Source of the DNA: Candidatus Latescibacterota bacterium
GTDB lineage: Bacteria > Latescibacterota > UBA2968 > UBA8231
Length of the DNA stretch: 64,000 nt
Direction of reading: 5' to 3'
NCBI GenBank assembly: GCA_965261395.1
Contig: OZ253462.1
Span: forward strand, 352,001 to 416,000
This document shows, one piece after another, positions 27,642 through 36,472 of the stretch. The notes under the pieces were generated by a model. That model worked only from the letters and a program-made list of their open reading frames with translations, had not been told where the DNA came from and searched no databases. Made by a program: the position numbers and the translations under genes. Positions within the stretch are counted from its first letter, which is position 1; each line of letters starts with the position of its first letter.

Positions 27642-29564
27642 TTAATAAATCAGCCGGACGATCGCGACTTCGACATCCTTGGCCTTGTCCGAGTCCACTT
27701 CGAGACGCAAGAGGTAAAGCCCTGGAGGCAGCAGGTTGCCCGCATCGTCCACGCCCTCCCAAGCGACCGAGAACCGGCCACTGGCCGCTGTACTATGGGC
27801 CACCTTGCATCGCTTCACTCCCGCCAGATCGTAGAGATCAATCGCCACGGGCACAGCACCGCTGAGGTTTACCAGATCGTATTCAATCTGTAGCACATCG
27901 TTGACGCCGTCGCCGTTGGGCGTGAAGACCTGTGGCGAAAGCCACAATGCCTTGACCGCCGCATTGGCCACCGTACCCAATCCCACGCTCAGGGTATTGC
28001 TCTCGGCCAGATCATCGGCGTTCCCCGCAGTGATACGCTGGCGCACTTCATGGGGACGCTGGCTGTCGAAGACCCGGCCCGAAAACACCGTACCCACCTG
28101 AAAGACCTCGGCCTGAAATTCGACCTCGACCAACTCGCCCGTGCGGTTGAGATCAATCCGCGGTACTTGTACCACAAAGCTTTTGGCGTCCTTTTCCACG
28201 ATGGTAAAATTCTGCTCTTCGCCGCCGATATACACTGCGTCAATGCTCGTGACTTCTATGGGGGTGTCGATCTCAATGCTGTCGAAGCCGAGATCATTCT
28301 GCTCTAAGTTGGGCAGGATTTTGTAGGTGAATTGGACGATCTCGCCCACCTCGACTTGGTGCGGCACGATCTCGGCCAGCACTTGGCTAGCCACCGGCGG
28401 CTGGGAGACGCTAAACTGCAAGTACTCCATGCGTCCGGCCGCAAGGGATAGCTCCGAGAGGAAGTCCGCCTTGAACTGCAAGTAGCGCCGAGGCCGTGAA
28501 CCCACTAATTCGGAATGCCCCCTATCGAAATCGAGCGGCGGCGTCCAGAACTCCCAACTTTCGTTGTCTGGGCTGATCCCGGCTTTCTCGCCTGCCTCTA
28601 GTCTTTTATAGCGGTCTAGGGTGAGCGGCTCGCCGCTGGTTGCAAAGCGGGAGCGCTCATCGCCTCTGAACGTGAAGCGCCAGTAGAAATTGGGATCCGT
28701 GTCGTCGCCGCTGCGCATACTCAGATTGACCGTTGCGCCCTGATCTCGGCTGCCCGACCAAGTCAACTCGCCTAGACTAGAAGCCGTACCTAAATCAATG
28801 ACATTAGATACATAGCTGGCCTGCGAGGCAAAGCCATCCCCGAAGATCTCAAATTCGGCGATCTCCCAATTGCCGACTGGTGCCTTAAAAAGAATTTCAG
28901 CAATGGGGCGATCTGGCAGTTCCAAATCGAGAAAGGGTTCCAAATTATTGGCGACCTTGAACGCGATATCGTAATCGAGAAATGCCCCGCGCCAATAGTA
29001 CTGCCCCTCTCGGGTTCCCTTTTTGCGCGAATCGCCATCGTTAGTGCCTATCTCGAACACCTCGATGAAGCGCTGGTGAGCAAAGCGCTCCGTGGTAGAA
29101 ATTTTGATGCGCCGTATGGGAAACAGTCCGTTCAACTCAAACCAGATGCCCTTTTTGCACGGCGAGCAGTCGGCCGACTGGCTGCGGCCGCTACCCAAAT
29201 AAGCAGTGGTCAGATCGCCGTCCATCAGATTGTCCAAGAGGGCTTCCGATTGCCAACCGTAGGAATTGTTCGAGCGTATGCCGCCGCCCCGCCCCCGGAT
29301 CAGAGGCGTCAGATTGACGGTGGGATCTAGGCGCTGAGGCTCGATAGAATGGGTCGCTACCTCCAAGAGGTCTATCCTACCGAGCTGTTTTTCGTCCACA
29401 TCAGCCCAAGATAGCTGGACAAATTCAAAATCCCCTTCCACTTCCGGCGGCGGCAACTCCTCGCCGCCAATGCGATACACGGTGAGCGCCTCTACCTCAG
29501 CTAGCCCATAGCAAAAGCTCCCGACTAGAGCAGCCGACAAAAGTCGCAGCAAATTCCCTCTCAT
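27642..29564 (-). CDS. Secreted protein with discoidin-like N-region and C-terminal TPNGDG.ND/FlgD-Ig domain (subtype A)
   Basis: Signal peptide; YRIGG; DGDLTT; SNVIDLG..W..RSGDD; PQVFTPNGDGVND..YDLAG..WEGVDDAG..LPPGLY..LIY*. Confidence 0.8.
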   Translation of the reverse strand: MRGNLLRLLSAALVGSFCYGLAEVEALTVYRIGGEELPPPEVEGDFEFVQLSWADVDEKQLGRIDLLEVATHSIEPQRLDPTVNLTPLIRGRGGGIRSNNSYGWQSEALLDNLMDGDLTTAYLGSGRSQSADCSPCKKGIWFELNGLFPIRRIKISTTERFAHQRFIEVFEIGTNDGDSRKKGTREGQYYWRGAFLDYDIAFKVANNLEPFLDLELPDRPIAEILFKAPVGNWEIAEFEIFGDGFASQASYVSNVIDLGTASSLGELTWSGSRDQGATVNLSMRSGDDTDPNFYWRFTFRGDERSRFATSGEPLTLDRYKRLEAGEKAGISPDNESWEFWTPPLDFDRGHSELVGSRPRRYLQFKADFLSELSLAAGRMEYLQFSVSQPPVASQVLAEIVPHQVEVGEIVQFTYKILPNLEQNDLGFDSIEIDTPIEVTSIDAVYIGGEEQNFTIVEKDAKSFVVQVPRIDLNRTGELVEVEFQAEVFQVGTVFSGRVFDSQRPHEVRQRITAGNADDLAESNTLSVGLGTVANAAVKALWLSPQVFTPNGDGVNDVLQIEYDLVNLSGAVPVAIDLYDLAGVKRCKVAHSTAASGRFSVAWEGVDDAGNLLPPGLYLLRLEVDSDKAKDVEVAIVRLIY

Positions 29565-29600
29565 TATCTACCTCCTACACCGGTAGATGATCCAGATAGT

Positions 29601-29640
29601 AAATAAAAGGAGGGGAGGAATAGAATTCCCCCCCTCCTTT
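29601..29640 (-). terminator. Rho-independent terminator downstream of the TWGxIK-tailed protein gene
   Basis: Minus strand reads AAAGGAGGGGGGGAAT-TCT-ATTCCTCCCCTCCTTT-TATTT: a long stem with one G-U pair followed by a U-tract. Confidence 0.8.
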
Positions 29641-29669
29641 ATGAGGCGCTTATGCGGTGCAAAAACCGC

Positions 29670-30590
29670 TTATTTGCCGAATGAAGCCTTGATCTGGCCC
29701 CAAGTGTTGTCTTCGACGGCTGTGGGAGCGACACCTTCAAAGGCGGACTCGTCAACGCCCAGCAGCACCCAGTCAGCCAAGAAATCGGCGTCGCCGAAGG
29801 ATTCGATGTTGGGACTGATGGCCCAGCGCGAATGGCAGTTACAATCGTCGGATAGCTCGGCATCGGTATCGAAGACGTGCCCTGTAAGGCCGATGATCTC
29901 GTCCTGCTGGAAGTCGTGGAGCACGCTCCCTTGGGGGTCTTCCCAGTTGAAGTCGTCCCAATAGACGCTCCACCACTCGCCCCGTTGGCGCATCTCCTCA
30001 AAGGAATTGGGAGCCGTGCCGCTAAACCAATACGAATGGTCGGAATACGGCGGCGTGTCGTACCAGGTAGCCTGGGTCATCCAGAACCAGTTCCACTCTC
30101 CCTCGCGGGCTTGGCCATTGTCGAACCAATAGTGGCTGATTTGCGCATGGCGACCGCGCTGACGTGCCACCTCTTCTTCGGTCTGGCCTTCCAGATCCCA
30201 AAAGGAGCCACCCGAGTGATCGGCGTCCACAGTCGTTTCGACCGACTCATTGCCCAACTGGTACTTGTCGTCGAAGCGCTCGTAGGCCCAGTAGATGCGG
30301 TTGGTTTCCTCGTTCCAAGTGGGAATCCAGCGGAAGGAAATCGAGGACACGTCCAGATCGCCGGTGTAGATCCACGGCCGGGCCGTGCTCTGTACGACGC
30401 TCTGCTCGGTGATCCAAAATTCCTCGGGAATGATATCCCATTCGCTCAGATCGGCATCTAAGACCGGAAGATGAGTCTCGGGCCATTGCCACACCGCGCC
30501 GATAAAATCGGGCGGATCGTGGGCTTGGACCTTGGTGCTCAGGCCGAGCAAAAGCGCAGTGGCAAATAAAGCGGATAAAACTTTCTTCAA
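29670..30590 (-). CDS. Acidic, Trp-rich secreted protein (CBM9/DOMON-like) with C-terminal TAVE..TWGxIK tail
   Basis: TTG start with AGGAGGT RBS; signal peptide VQA|H; P.LDADLSEWD and DADHSGG motifs; ends PTAVEDNTWGQIKASFGK. Confidence 0.8.
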   Translation of the reverse strand: MKKVLSALFATALLLGLSTKVQAHDPPDFIGAVWQWPETHLPVLDADLSEWDIIPEEFWITEQSVVQSTARPWIYTGDLDVSSISFRWIPTWNEETNRIYWAYERFDDKYQLGNESVETTVDADHSGGSFWDLEGQTEEEVARQRGRHAQISHYWFDNGQAREGEWNWFWMTQATWYDTPPYSDHSYWFSGTAPNSFEEMRQRGEWWSVYWDDFNWEDPQGSVLHDFQQDEIIGLTGHVFDTDAELSDDCNCHSRWAISPNIESFGDADFLADWVLLGVDESAFEGVAPTAVEDNTWGQIKASFGK

Positions 30591-30701
30591 AGCGAAACCT
30601 CCTTTTTGAGGTGTGAGGTTTTGAAGGCGAGAAACAGGAAGTCGATAGTTAGCTTCTACGCTCTGTAATTAATAAAAATAGATTGTGAGGTCAAGCAAAA
30701 A

Positions 30702-33620
30702 TCACTTTAAGCCGGCGATGATCGACAGAAAACTCAAGCCCGAGGTCTCGATCTCTCGGCTCCGATCAACTACCTCCAACGAGCGGCGATCGAGGCGGAT
30801 GCCCACCTGAGTGGTTAGCTCATAGCCTAGGTATTGGCTGATATTGGTGAGTTGCAACGCCAAAACCGAGCCGCGAAAATCTCCGGTGAAAAGCCCCGCC
30901 GCCGGTTCGTCTTCTCCTCCTTTGAGGTCGAAAAAAGAGCGCTGCTCCAAGCCGAACTCTAACTCGGTGGTCTCGAGCACTGGCACACTGCCAACAAAGA
31001 AGAAGAGGCCGTCCCAAGAGCGCCGCTTGTCGAATGCTCGGCTAAAGGGCACCTCGCGCAGGAATTCGCTCTTGAGTTTGGGCCTGAAACTCAGCGACCG
31101 CCAGCAAAAGACATATTCGATCTTATTGATCAGCCCGACAAAGCCCGAGGTCCGCCGCCCGTTGCGCCCCTCGGGGCCTAGCGGATCAAAGGCCACCACA
31201 GGATCGCCGGCCTCGTCTGATGCATCGCGCAAAAATTCGACCTCGCTGTCGCGCTGCCGCCAAGTCTCCCATTTGAAGCGATGCAAAGTCCGCCACAAAC
31301 GCGGGCTGGCGTACTCCCAGTCGGCGTAAAACGTGTTGATCCAAGTGTCCGTCGCGGCCAAGGGGTCCAATACCGGCACATTGCTGCCAGCCGACTCGGC
31401 CGCCGCGCCAAATGCACTTCTAGGAATGATCCACTGAACCAAGTGGTCGGCGATCGCGTCCTCGGCCTTCTTAACCATGTCGAAAACCCGCAGACGGCCC
31501 CACCTCGATCCGCTCTGCTCCAAGACGAACATTCCATAGCTAGTCAGGTTGCGGCGGTCGCTCGCCAAGCGGATCTGCCGCAACTGACCCACCCGGAGCC
31601 GGATACCCGGTGCCACTTCGATCCCGCCGAAGAGATTGTAGCCCCAGTGGTCTCGCTTGTAGGGATAGTCCGGCTCTTGGTCGTTTTCAAAGCGCTCCAC
31701 CCACCCATTGTTGTTGAGATCGATGCCGAAGAGAAATTCCGGGCGATCCGCGGCATAGCGCAAAAAAGGCTCGTCGTAGTCGGGGAAAAAATTCACCCGA
31801 TCGACAGTGCTATTCTGGTTGAAATCCGAGATAAAGTCGCGATTCTCGTCATAACCGGGGAAAACCGCCGGATCAGCCACGCCGCGAACCTCGATTTCGC
31901 TGCGGCGCTCGGTGGGGACAAAGCTGCCCTCGCCCACCCGCAGCCAGTCGGGCTGCCGGTCGTTGTCGTCGTTGTCATCTACAAACTCGTAGTGCAGGTT
32001 GGTGGCCTCGGGGGCGTAGTCCGACACCCCGTCTCGGTTTACCGTCAGGACGCTGGTGCGGTACCCGTCTTCCATGCCGAATCCCTCGCCCATAAAGCTC
32101 CAAGGCCCCTCCCGGAAGGCCAAATTGACCAACCAGCCTACCTCGTGGCGGTTCCCCGCGATGCCGTTGATCGCACGGTGCGAATCGCGCCCTATGCTGG
32201 GATATTTTCGGTACTGGGTATTGAGGTTTACTTCCCCGTAAAAATCGAAGCCGTGAAAATCCCGCACCTCGGCCGTCAGACCAACGATCTGGTTGGCCGT
32301 AGGCAGTCCATAATCGAAGACGACCTCGCGCTGGTTCAACTGGTTCTTGATATTGCCATCGGCCCGCGCCACGGGTAAAAATTGAGGCACGCTAAATTCG
32401 TCCGTCTGCCTATTGGAACTGACCTCGACGCGATAGTCGTTGGCTAGCACGAGGCGGAAGCGCACGTCCCGAATGGCGCTAACCGCGGCCGCGGCCTCAG
32501 ATAGGGTGAGATCTAAGTGTTGCTGGAAGAGCGCACGCAAGGTTCCCTCTTCCCCCGTCGTCTCCCTAGGGGCCAAGGAATATTGCAAAATGATCTGGTC
32601 CGCTCCATCGGCCGTTAGAAACCCCCGGTCTCGCCGCCCCCCCGCAATGGTCGGTCTAAAGCCGATACTGCTGCTGAGGATGACGGTATCCCGCTCCACG
32701 TGGACTAGCTGGTCCCGAATCATCTCTTGACGGCTTAGGGTGGTGCGGATTTCGATCTCCTCGCTGACCAAGACGGCACCACCTTCGCCATCTTCTGGCG
32801 AGTCGTCCGAGAGCCGCACCAAAAGCTGGTCAACCCGCTGGGCCAGTTGTCCCGCCGTCAGGGCACCCTTGAACACATTCCCTTGGAAGCTCTCGTTGCT
32901 GCCAGTGTTGTTGTGGCTGTTGACGAAGTTCATCCCCAAGGTAAAAGAATCGGTCAAATCGGCTTCTAGTCGGCCCGCGGTGAGGTTGGTGGCGTACTGG
33001 AAGCGCGCGGTGCCCCCCGAAAGGAGAGGAAACGAAACCCGCGAAAAAAGCCCAGTAGCGCGAAAGCGGTCTGCGGCAAAGTCAGCTACCACCCCGTTGA
33101 ATCCCGCCTTGCGGAAGGTCATCGGCGTTAGGGTAGTCCATATCTCGTCTCCGACCATGACCGAATAGCGGTACTGGCCCTTGGTGTCCCCGGATATGAC
33201 CAAGCGGCTAAACCAGTTGTTGTACTGGCCACCTTTTCTGACGGAGGAACTCTCGGCGATCAGTGGTTTCGTCTGGCGCCAGTCGTACACTAGCCAGCCC
33301 CGCGTAATGAGGCGACCGAAGGGATCGTAGAAGAGATCCCCCTCTGATGCGGGGTTGATATAGCGCTTGTGGGCTTGGCGGGCGTAGTTGGTGTACTCCC
33401 ACTGATTGCGGCCGAATTCGCCAAAGAGGGGGGCCGGCATGTACCAGCGCTGCACGGTCGGGTCCAGTGCCTCTATATAGGTGGTCACGCCGGGCACGTG
33501 GTAAATGACGCGGTCTCCCACCCGATCCCCCAGACGACCCCCATAGTCGATTTGAGCAGCGGCTACCCCCCACAGACTCAACCCGGCCAGAGCAGCCAAT
33601 GTGATGTGACGCGCCCTCAT
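30702..33620 (-). CDS. Large uncharacterised secreted, probable outer-membrane protein (paralog 2)
   Basis: 972 aa; signal peptide AAA|QIDYG; DDNDDNDRQPD, DENRDFISD and DLNNNGW loops; amphipathic beta-strand-like C-region ending SFLSIIAGLK. Confidence 0.75.
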   Translation of the reverse strand: MRARHITLAALAGLSLWGVAAAQIDYGGRLGDRVGDRVIYHVPGVTTYIEALDPTVQRWYMPAPLFGEFGRNQWEYTNYARQAHKRYINPASEGDLFYDPFGRLITRGWLVYDWRQTKPLIAESSSVRKGGQYNNWFSRLVISGDTKGQYRYSVMVGDEIWTTLTPMTFRKAGFNGVVADFAADRFRATGLFSRVSFPLLSGGTARFQYATNLTAGRLEADLTDSFTLGMNFVNSHNNTGSNESFQGNVFKGALTAGQLAQRVDQLLVRLSDDSPEDGEGGAVLVSEEIEIRTTLSRQEMIRDQLVHVERDTVILSSSIGFRPTIAGGRRDRGFLTADGADQIILQYSLAPRETTGEEGTLRALFQQHLDLTLSEAAAAVSAIRDVRFRLVLANDYRVEVSSNRQTDEFSVPQFLPVARADGNIKNQLNQREVVFDYGLPTANQIVGLTAEVRDFHGFDFYGEVNLNTQYRKYPSIGRDSHRAINGIAGNRHEVGWLVNLAFREGPWSFMGEGFGMEDGYRTSVLTVNRDGVSDYAPEATNLHYEFVDDNDDNDRQPDWLRVGEGSFVPTERRSEIEVRGVADPAVFPGYDENRDFISDFNQNSTVDRVNFFPDYDEPFLRYAADRPEFLFGIDLNNNGWVERFENDQEPDYPYKRDHWGYNLFGGIEVAPGIRLRVGQLRQIRLASDRRNLTSYGMFVLEQSGSRWGRLRVFDMVKKAEDAIADHLVQWIIPRSAFGAAAESAGSNVPVLDPLAATDTWINTFYADWEYASPRLWRTLHRFKWETWRQRDSEVEFLRDASDEAGDPVVAFDPLGPEGRNGRRTSGFVGLINKIEYVFCWRSLSFRPKLKSEFLREVPFSRAFDKRRSWDGLFFFVGSVPVLETTELEFGLEQRSFFDLKGGEDEPAAGLFTGDFRGSVLALQLTNISQYLGYELTTQVGIRLDRRSLEVVDRSREIETSGLSFLSIIAGLK

Positions 33621-33625
33621 CCCTA

Positions 33626-36433
33626 TTACAATCCGGCGTAGATGGTGATAAAGCTAGTGGTCTCGGTCCGGCCTTTGATGCGCTTGTCGAAGACCCGAGG
33701 TTCTACCTCCCGCACCTCCTCGGTGAAGGTGCGGCCGATGCGTAAGCCGAGTTGCATCGTCATCCTGTAGCCCAAATAGTTCGAGTTGTTGGTTAGCTGC
33801 ACCGCAAAAACCGCGGAGCGCAAATCCCCGGTCTCTTCGGCGATGCCCTGCTCGACCATATCCTCCTCCTGCTGTACCAGTTCGTTGAACTGGGCCAACT
33901 CCACCCCGAAGTCAAATACGCTGCTGTTGAGTAGGGGCACTTGGGCCAAAAGCGAGACAATCCCAGTCCATTGTTTTAGGTCTTCTTCGACCTGCACAAA
34001 GGCGTCTTGGCGGAAGTACTCACTTTTGAGCCTAGGCTGTAGGATAAAATGACCTAGATGGAGCTTGTACTCGAATTTGTTGATCAGGCCCAAGAGGAAG
34101 GGCGAACTGGCCAATTTCCGGCCGTCGATGTCGCGGGCCTCGTCTTGGACTTGGTTGTAGCGCTCGTATTTGAGTTTGTTGACGATCTCGAAATTGGCAA
34201 TGGCTGTGTAGTCCACCCCCAGCCACGCGGTGTTGATCCAGGTATCGGGAAAGACCAGCATATCCGCCACCAGCGGCGGCGTGGGCGCGTCGAGGAAGGG
34301 CAGCGGTGCCCGCCGGGCGTCGGGGATGGTGTCCACGACCCGCTTGAGCATATCGAAGACCCGTACCCGCCCCAAACCGGGGTAGTCTTTGTCGAGGGTG
34401 AACATGGCATACGCGGTTTGGTTGTCCCGATCATCCGAGAGCATGCGCTCGTCGAGCCGCCCTACCAGTAAGCGCGCCTCGGGGAAAAGGTGAAAGCCAA
34501 AAAAGACGTTGTACCCGCGCCGGTCGGGCTTGTAGGGATAGTCGGCCAACTCGTCGTCCTCAAAACGGTCGATCCAGCCGTTGTTGTTGAGGTCAATGCC
34601 AAAGAGGAGTTCGGGCCGATCGACGTGGTAGCGCAAAAACGGCTCTTCGTAGTCGGGAATGGAATTGGGCACCGAGCGGTTGTCGTTCTGGTTGAAATCC
34701 GAAATGAAGTCGAGGTTTTCGTCCCAGCCGGGAAACACCTCCCGGTCATTCGACTGCGAGCCTACCCGAGCCCAGTCGGGCTGGCGGTCTTGGTCGTCAT
34801 TGTCGGCGACAAATTCGTAAACCGAGCGTATGGGATCGTCGTAGTAAACGTCACCTCCGGGCAGGGAGACAAACGCCGAGGTCGAATAGTCGGCATCCAC
34901 CGAATAGGCTTCACCATAAGCAAAAAACGGATAGGCCTCTTTGGACAGGTTGAAGATGGTAGCTTGGCCGCTCTCCGCAGAGATCTCGTGCCCTTCGTTG
35001 GCGTTGAACAGGGCGGCATTAGGGTACTGGAAATAGCGCAGGTTGTTGTTCCATTCACCGTAGAAATCAAAGCCCCACACGTTCTTGCCCTCAATGGTCA
35101 ATCCGGCGATCATATTGGCCGAGGGCAAGCCGTAGTTAAAAAGAACCCGCTGGGCGTTGGATATATCCTTTATATTGCCAGATGCCTGCCGTATGTCGAT
35201 GAGCACCGGCTCGGCTTCTGCAATGACTTGGTTGGTCAGCGGCGGAGGCGGCACCGGGCGCGTGCCAGTTTGCAGATTGGACCACATCTCGACCTTGAAA
35301 TCATTGGCTAGCACATAGTCGAATTCCACCTCGACTATGGCGGTTAAATCCGGTCCTACATACGCCGGGTCCGTAAAGTCGTAATTGAGGATGATCCGCT
35401 CGGTCCCGTCGGCGGCCAAAAAGCCAGTGCGCGGAAAGCCGCCGAATACGGTCGGCCATTCCGCCCCCTCGCGCACCACCTCGTCCAACGTCGAGACAGT
35501 CTCTAGTCCGGTCTCAAAATCGCGGCTCCTGATGCGTATATCGTGGCTGAAAAGGGCCGCGCCGCCCTCTTCGTCCTCCGGGCTGTCGTCGCTGAGGACG
35601 ATAGCGATGGCCGTAACCGGCGTACTGGTCTGGCCCGAGGTGAGGTTGCCCGCTAGGAGATTGCCTTCGAACATGTCCAAGGCGGTATTGGCGTTGTGGG
35701 CGTTGACCACGGTCCCGCCCAAAGTGATAAAGTCGCCCACCTGAGCGATGGCCCGGCCACCGAACAGGGAGGTCGAATTGGATTGCCGTCTAGGATTGAT
35801 GGTCACGCCCACGGCCGGATCATTGATCCGCGAGGCTAGCACAGTGGCGGCGTATTTGTCCGAGGCGAAGTCGATCTGGACTCCGTTGAAATTCGGCTTG
35901 GAAAAGGTCATCGGCGTGAGGGTGGTGCGGATCGAGTTGCCCACGGTAATGGCGTAGGAGTACTGGCCCCTGGAGTCGCCGCTTACGGTCACCGAACTAA
36001 AGAACTGATCGAATTGACGACCCTTGAAGATACCGCTGCCCAACTCTTGGGGCTGGTCTTGGCGCCAGTCGTACACCAGCCAGCCGCGGTTGATATAGTT
36101 GCCGAAAAAGTCGTAGAAGTAGTCGCCCTCTAGGTTGGTGTTGATATAGCGCTGGTACTGGTCGCGGGCGTAGTTGGAGTACTCCCATTGGCGCCACCTG
36201 AACTCGTAGTAGAGTTCTTGGGGAACGTACCACTTCTGTACGGCAGGATCGAGCGCTCCAAAGAGTACGCCTGGGCCCCGGGGCTCAAAACTGACTTCGC
36301 CGCCGCGCTGAATCCCTAGGCGGGTGCCGTAGTCTTGGGCGTGGAGCACGGTTTGAAACGCGACCAACAGTGCCAGCCCAATCGTTAAATTCGCTCCGCG
36401 GACATTCAATGCCGCACCCTCCCAATTCTGCAT
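33626..36433 (-). CDS. Large uncharacterised secreted, probable outer-membrane protein (paralog 1)
   Basis: 935 aa; LHA|QDYG; collinear with 30702-33620 (ALDP.VQ.WY.P, RGWLVYDWRQ, TTLTPMTF.K..FNG, LSDDSPED.EGGA, PDY.EPFLRY); ends SFITIYAGL. Confidence 0.75.
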   Translation of the reverse strand: MQNWEGAALNVRGANLTIGLALLVAFQTVLHAQDYGTRLGIQRGGEVSFEPRGPGVLFGALDPAVQKWYVPQELYYEFRWRQWEYSNYARDQYQRYINTNLEGDYFYDFFGNYINRGWLVYDWRQDQPQELGSGIFKGRQFDQFFSSVTVSGDSRGQYSYAITVGNSIRTTLTPMTFSKPNFNGVQIDFASDKYAATVLASRINDPAVGVTINPRRQSNSTSLFGGRAIAQVGDFITLGGTVVNAHNANTALDMFEGNLLAGNLTSGQTSTPVTAIAIVLSDDSPEDEEGGAALFSHDIRIRSRDFETGLETVSTLDEVVREGAEWPTVFGGFPRTGFLAADGTERIILNYDFTDPAYVGPDLTAIVEVEFDYVLANDFKVEMWSNLQTGTRPVPPPPLTNQVIAEAEPVLIDIRQASGNIKDISNAQRVLFNYGLPSANMIAGLTIEGKNVWGFDFYGEWNNNLRYFQYPNAALFNANEGHEISAESGQATIFNLSKEAYPFFAYGEAYSVDADYSTSAFVSLPGGDVYYDDPIRSVYEFVADNDDQDRQPDWARVGSQSNDREVFPGWDENLDFISDFNQNDNRSVPNSIPDYEEPFLRYHVDRPELLFGIDLNNNGWIDRFEDDELADYPYKPDRRGYNVFFGFHLFPEARLLVGRLDERMLSDDRDNQTAYAMFTLDKDYPGLGRVRVFDMLKRVVDTIPDARRAPLPFLDAPTPPLVADMLVFPDTWINTAWLGVDYTAIANFEIVNKLKYERYNQVQDEARDIDGRKLASSPFLLGLINKFEYKLHLGHFILQPRLKSEYFRQDAFVQVEEDLKQWTGIVSLLAQVPLLNSSVFDFGVELAQFNELVQQEEDMVEQGIAEETGDLRSAVFAVQLTNNSNYLGYRMTMQLGLRIGRTFTEEVREVEPRVFDKRIKGRTETTSFITIYAGL

Positions 36434-36472
36434 GGTAAAAATTCATCACGAGGGAATTCCCCTCGCCCAATA

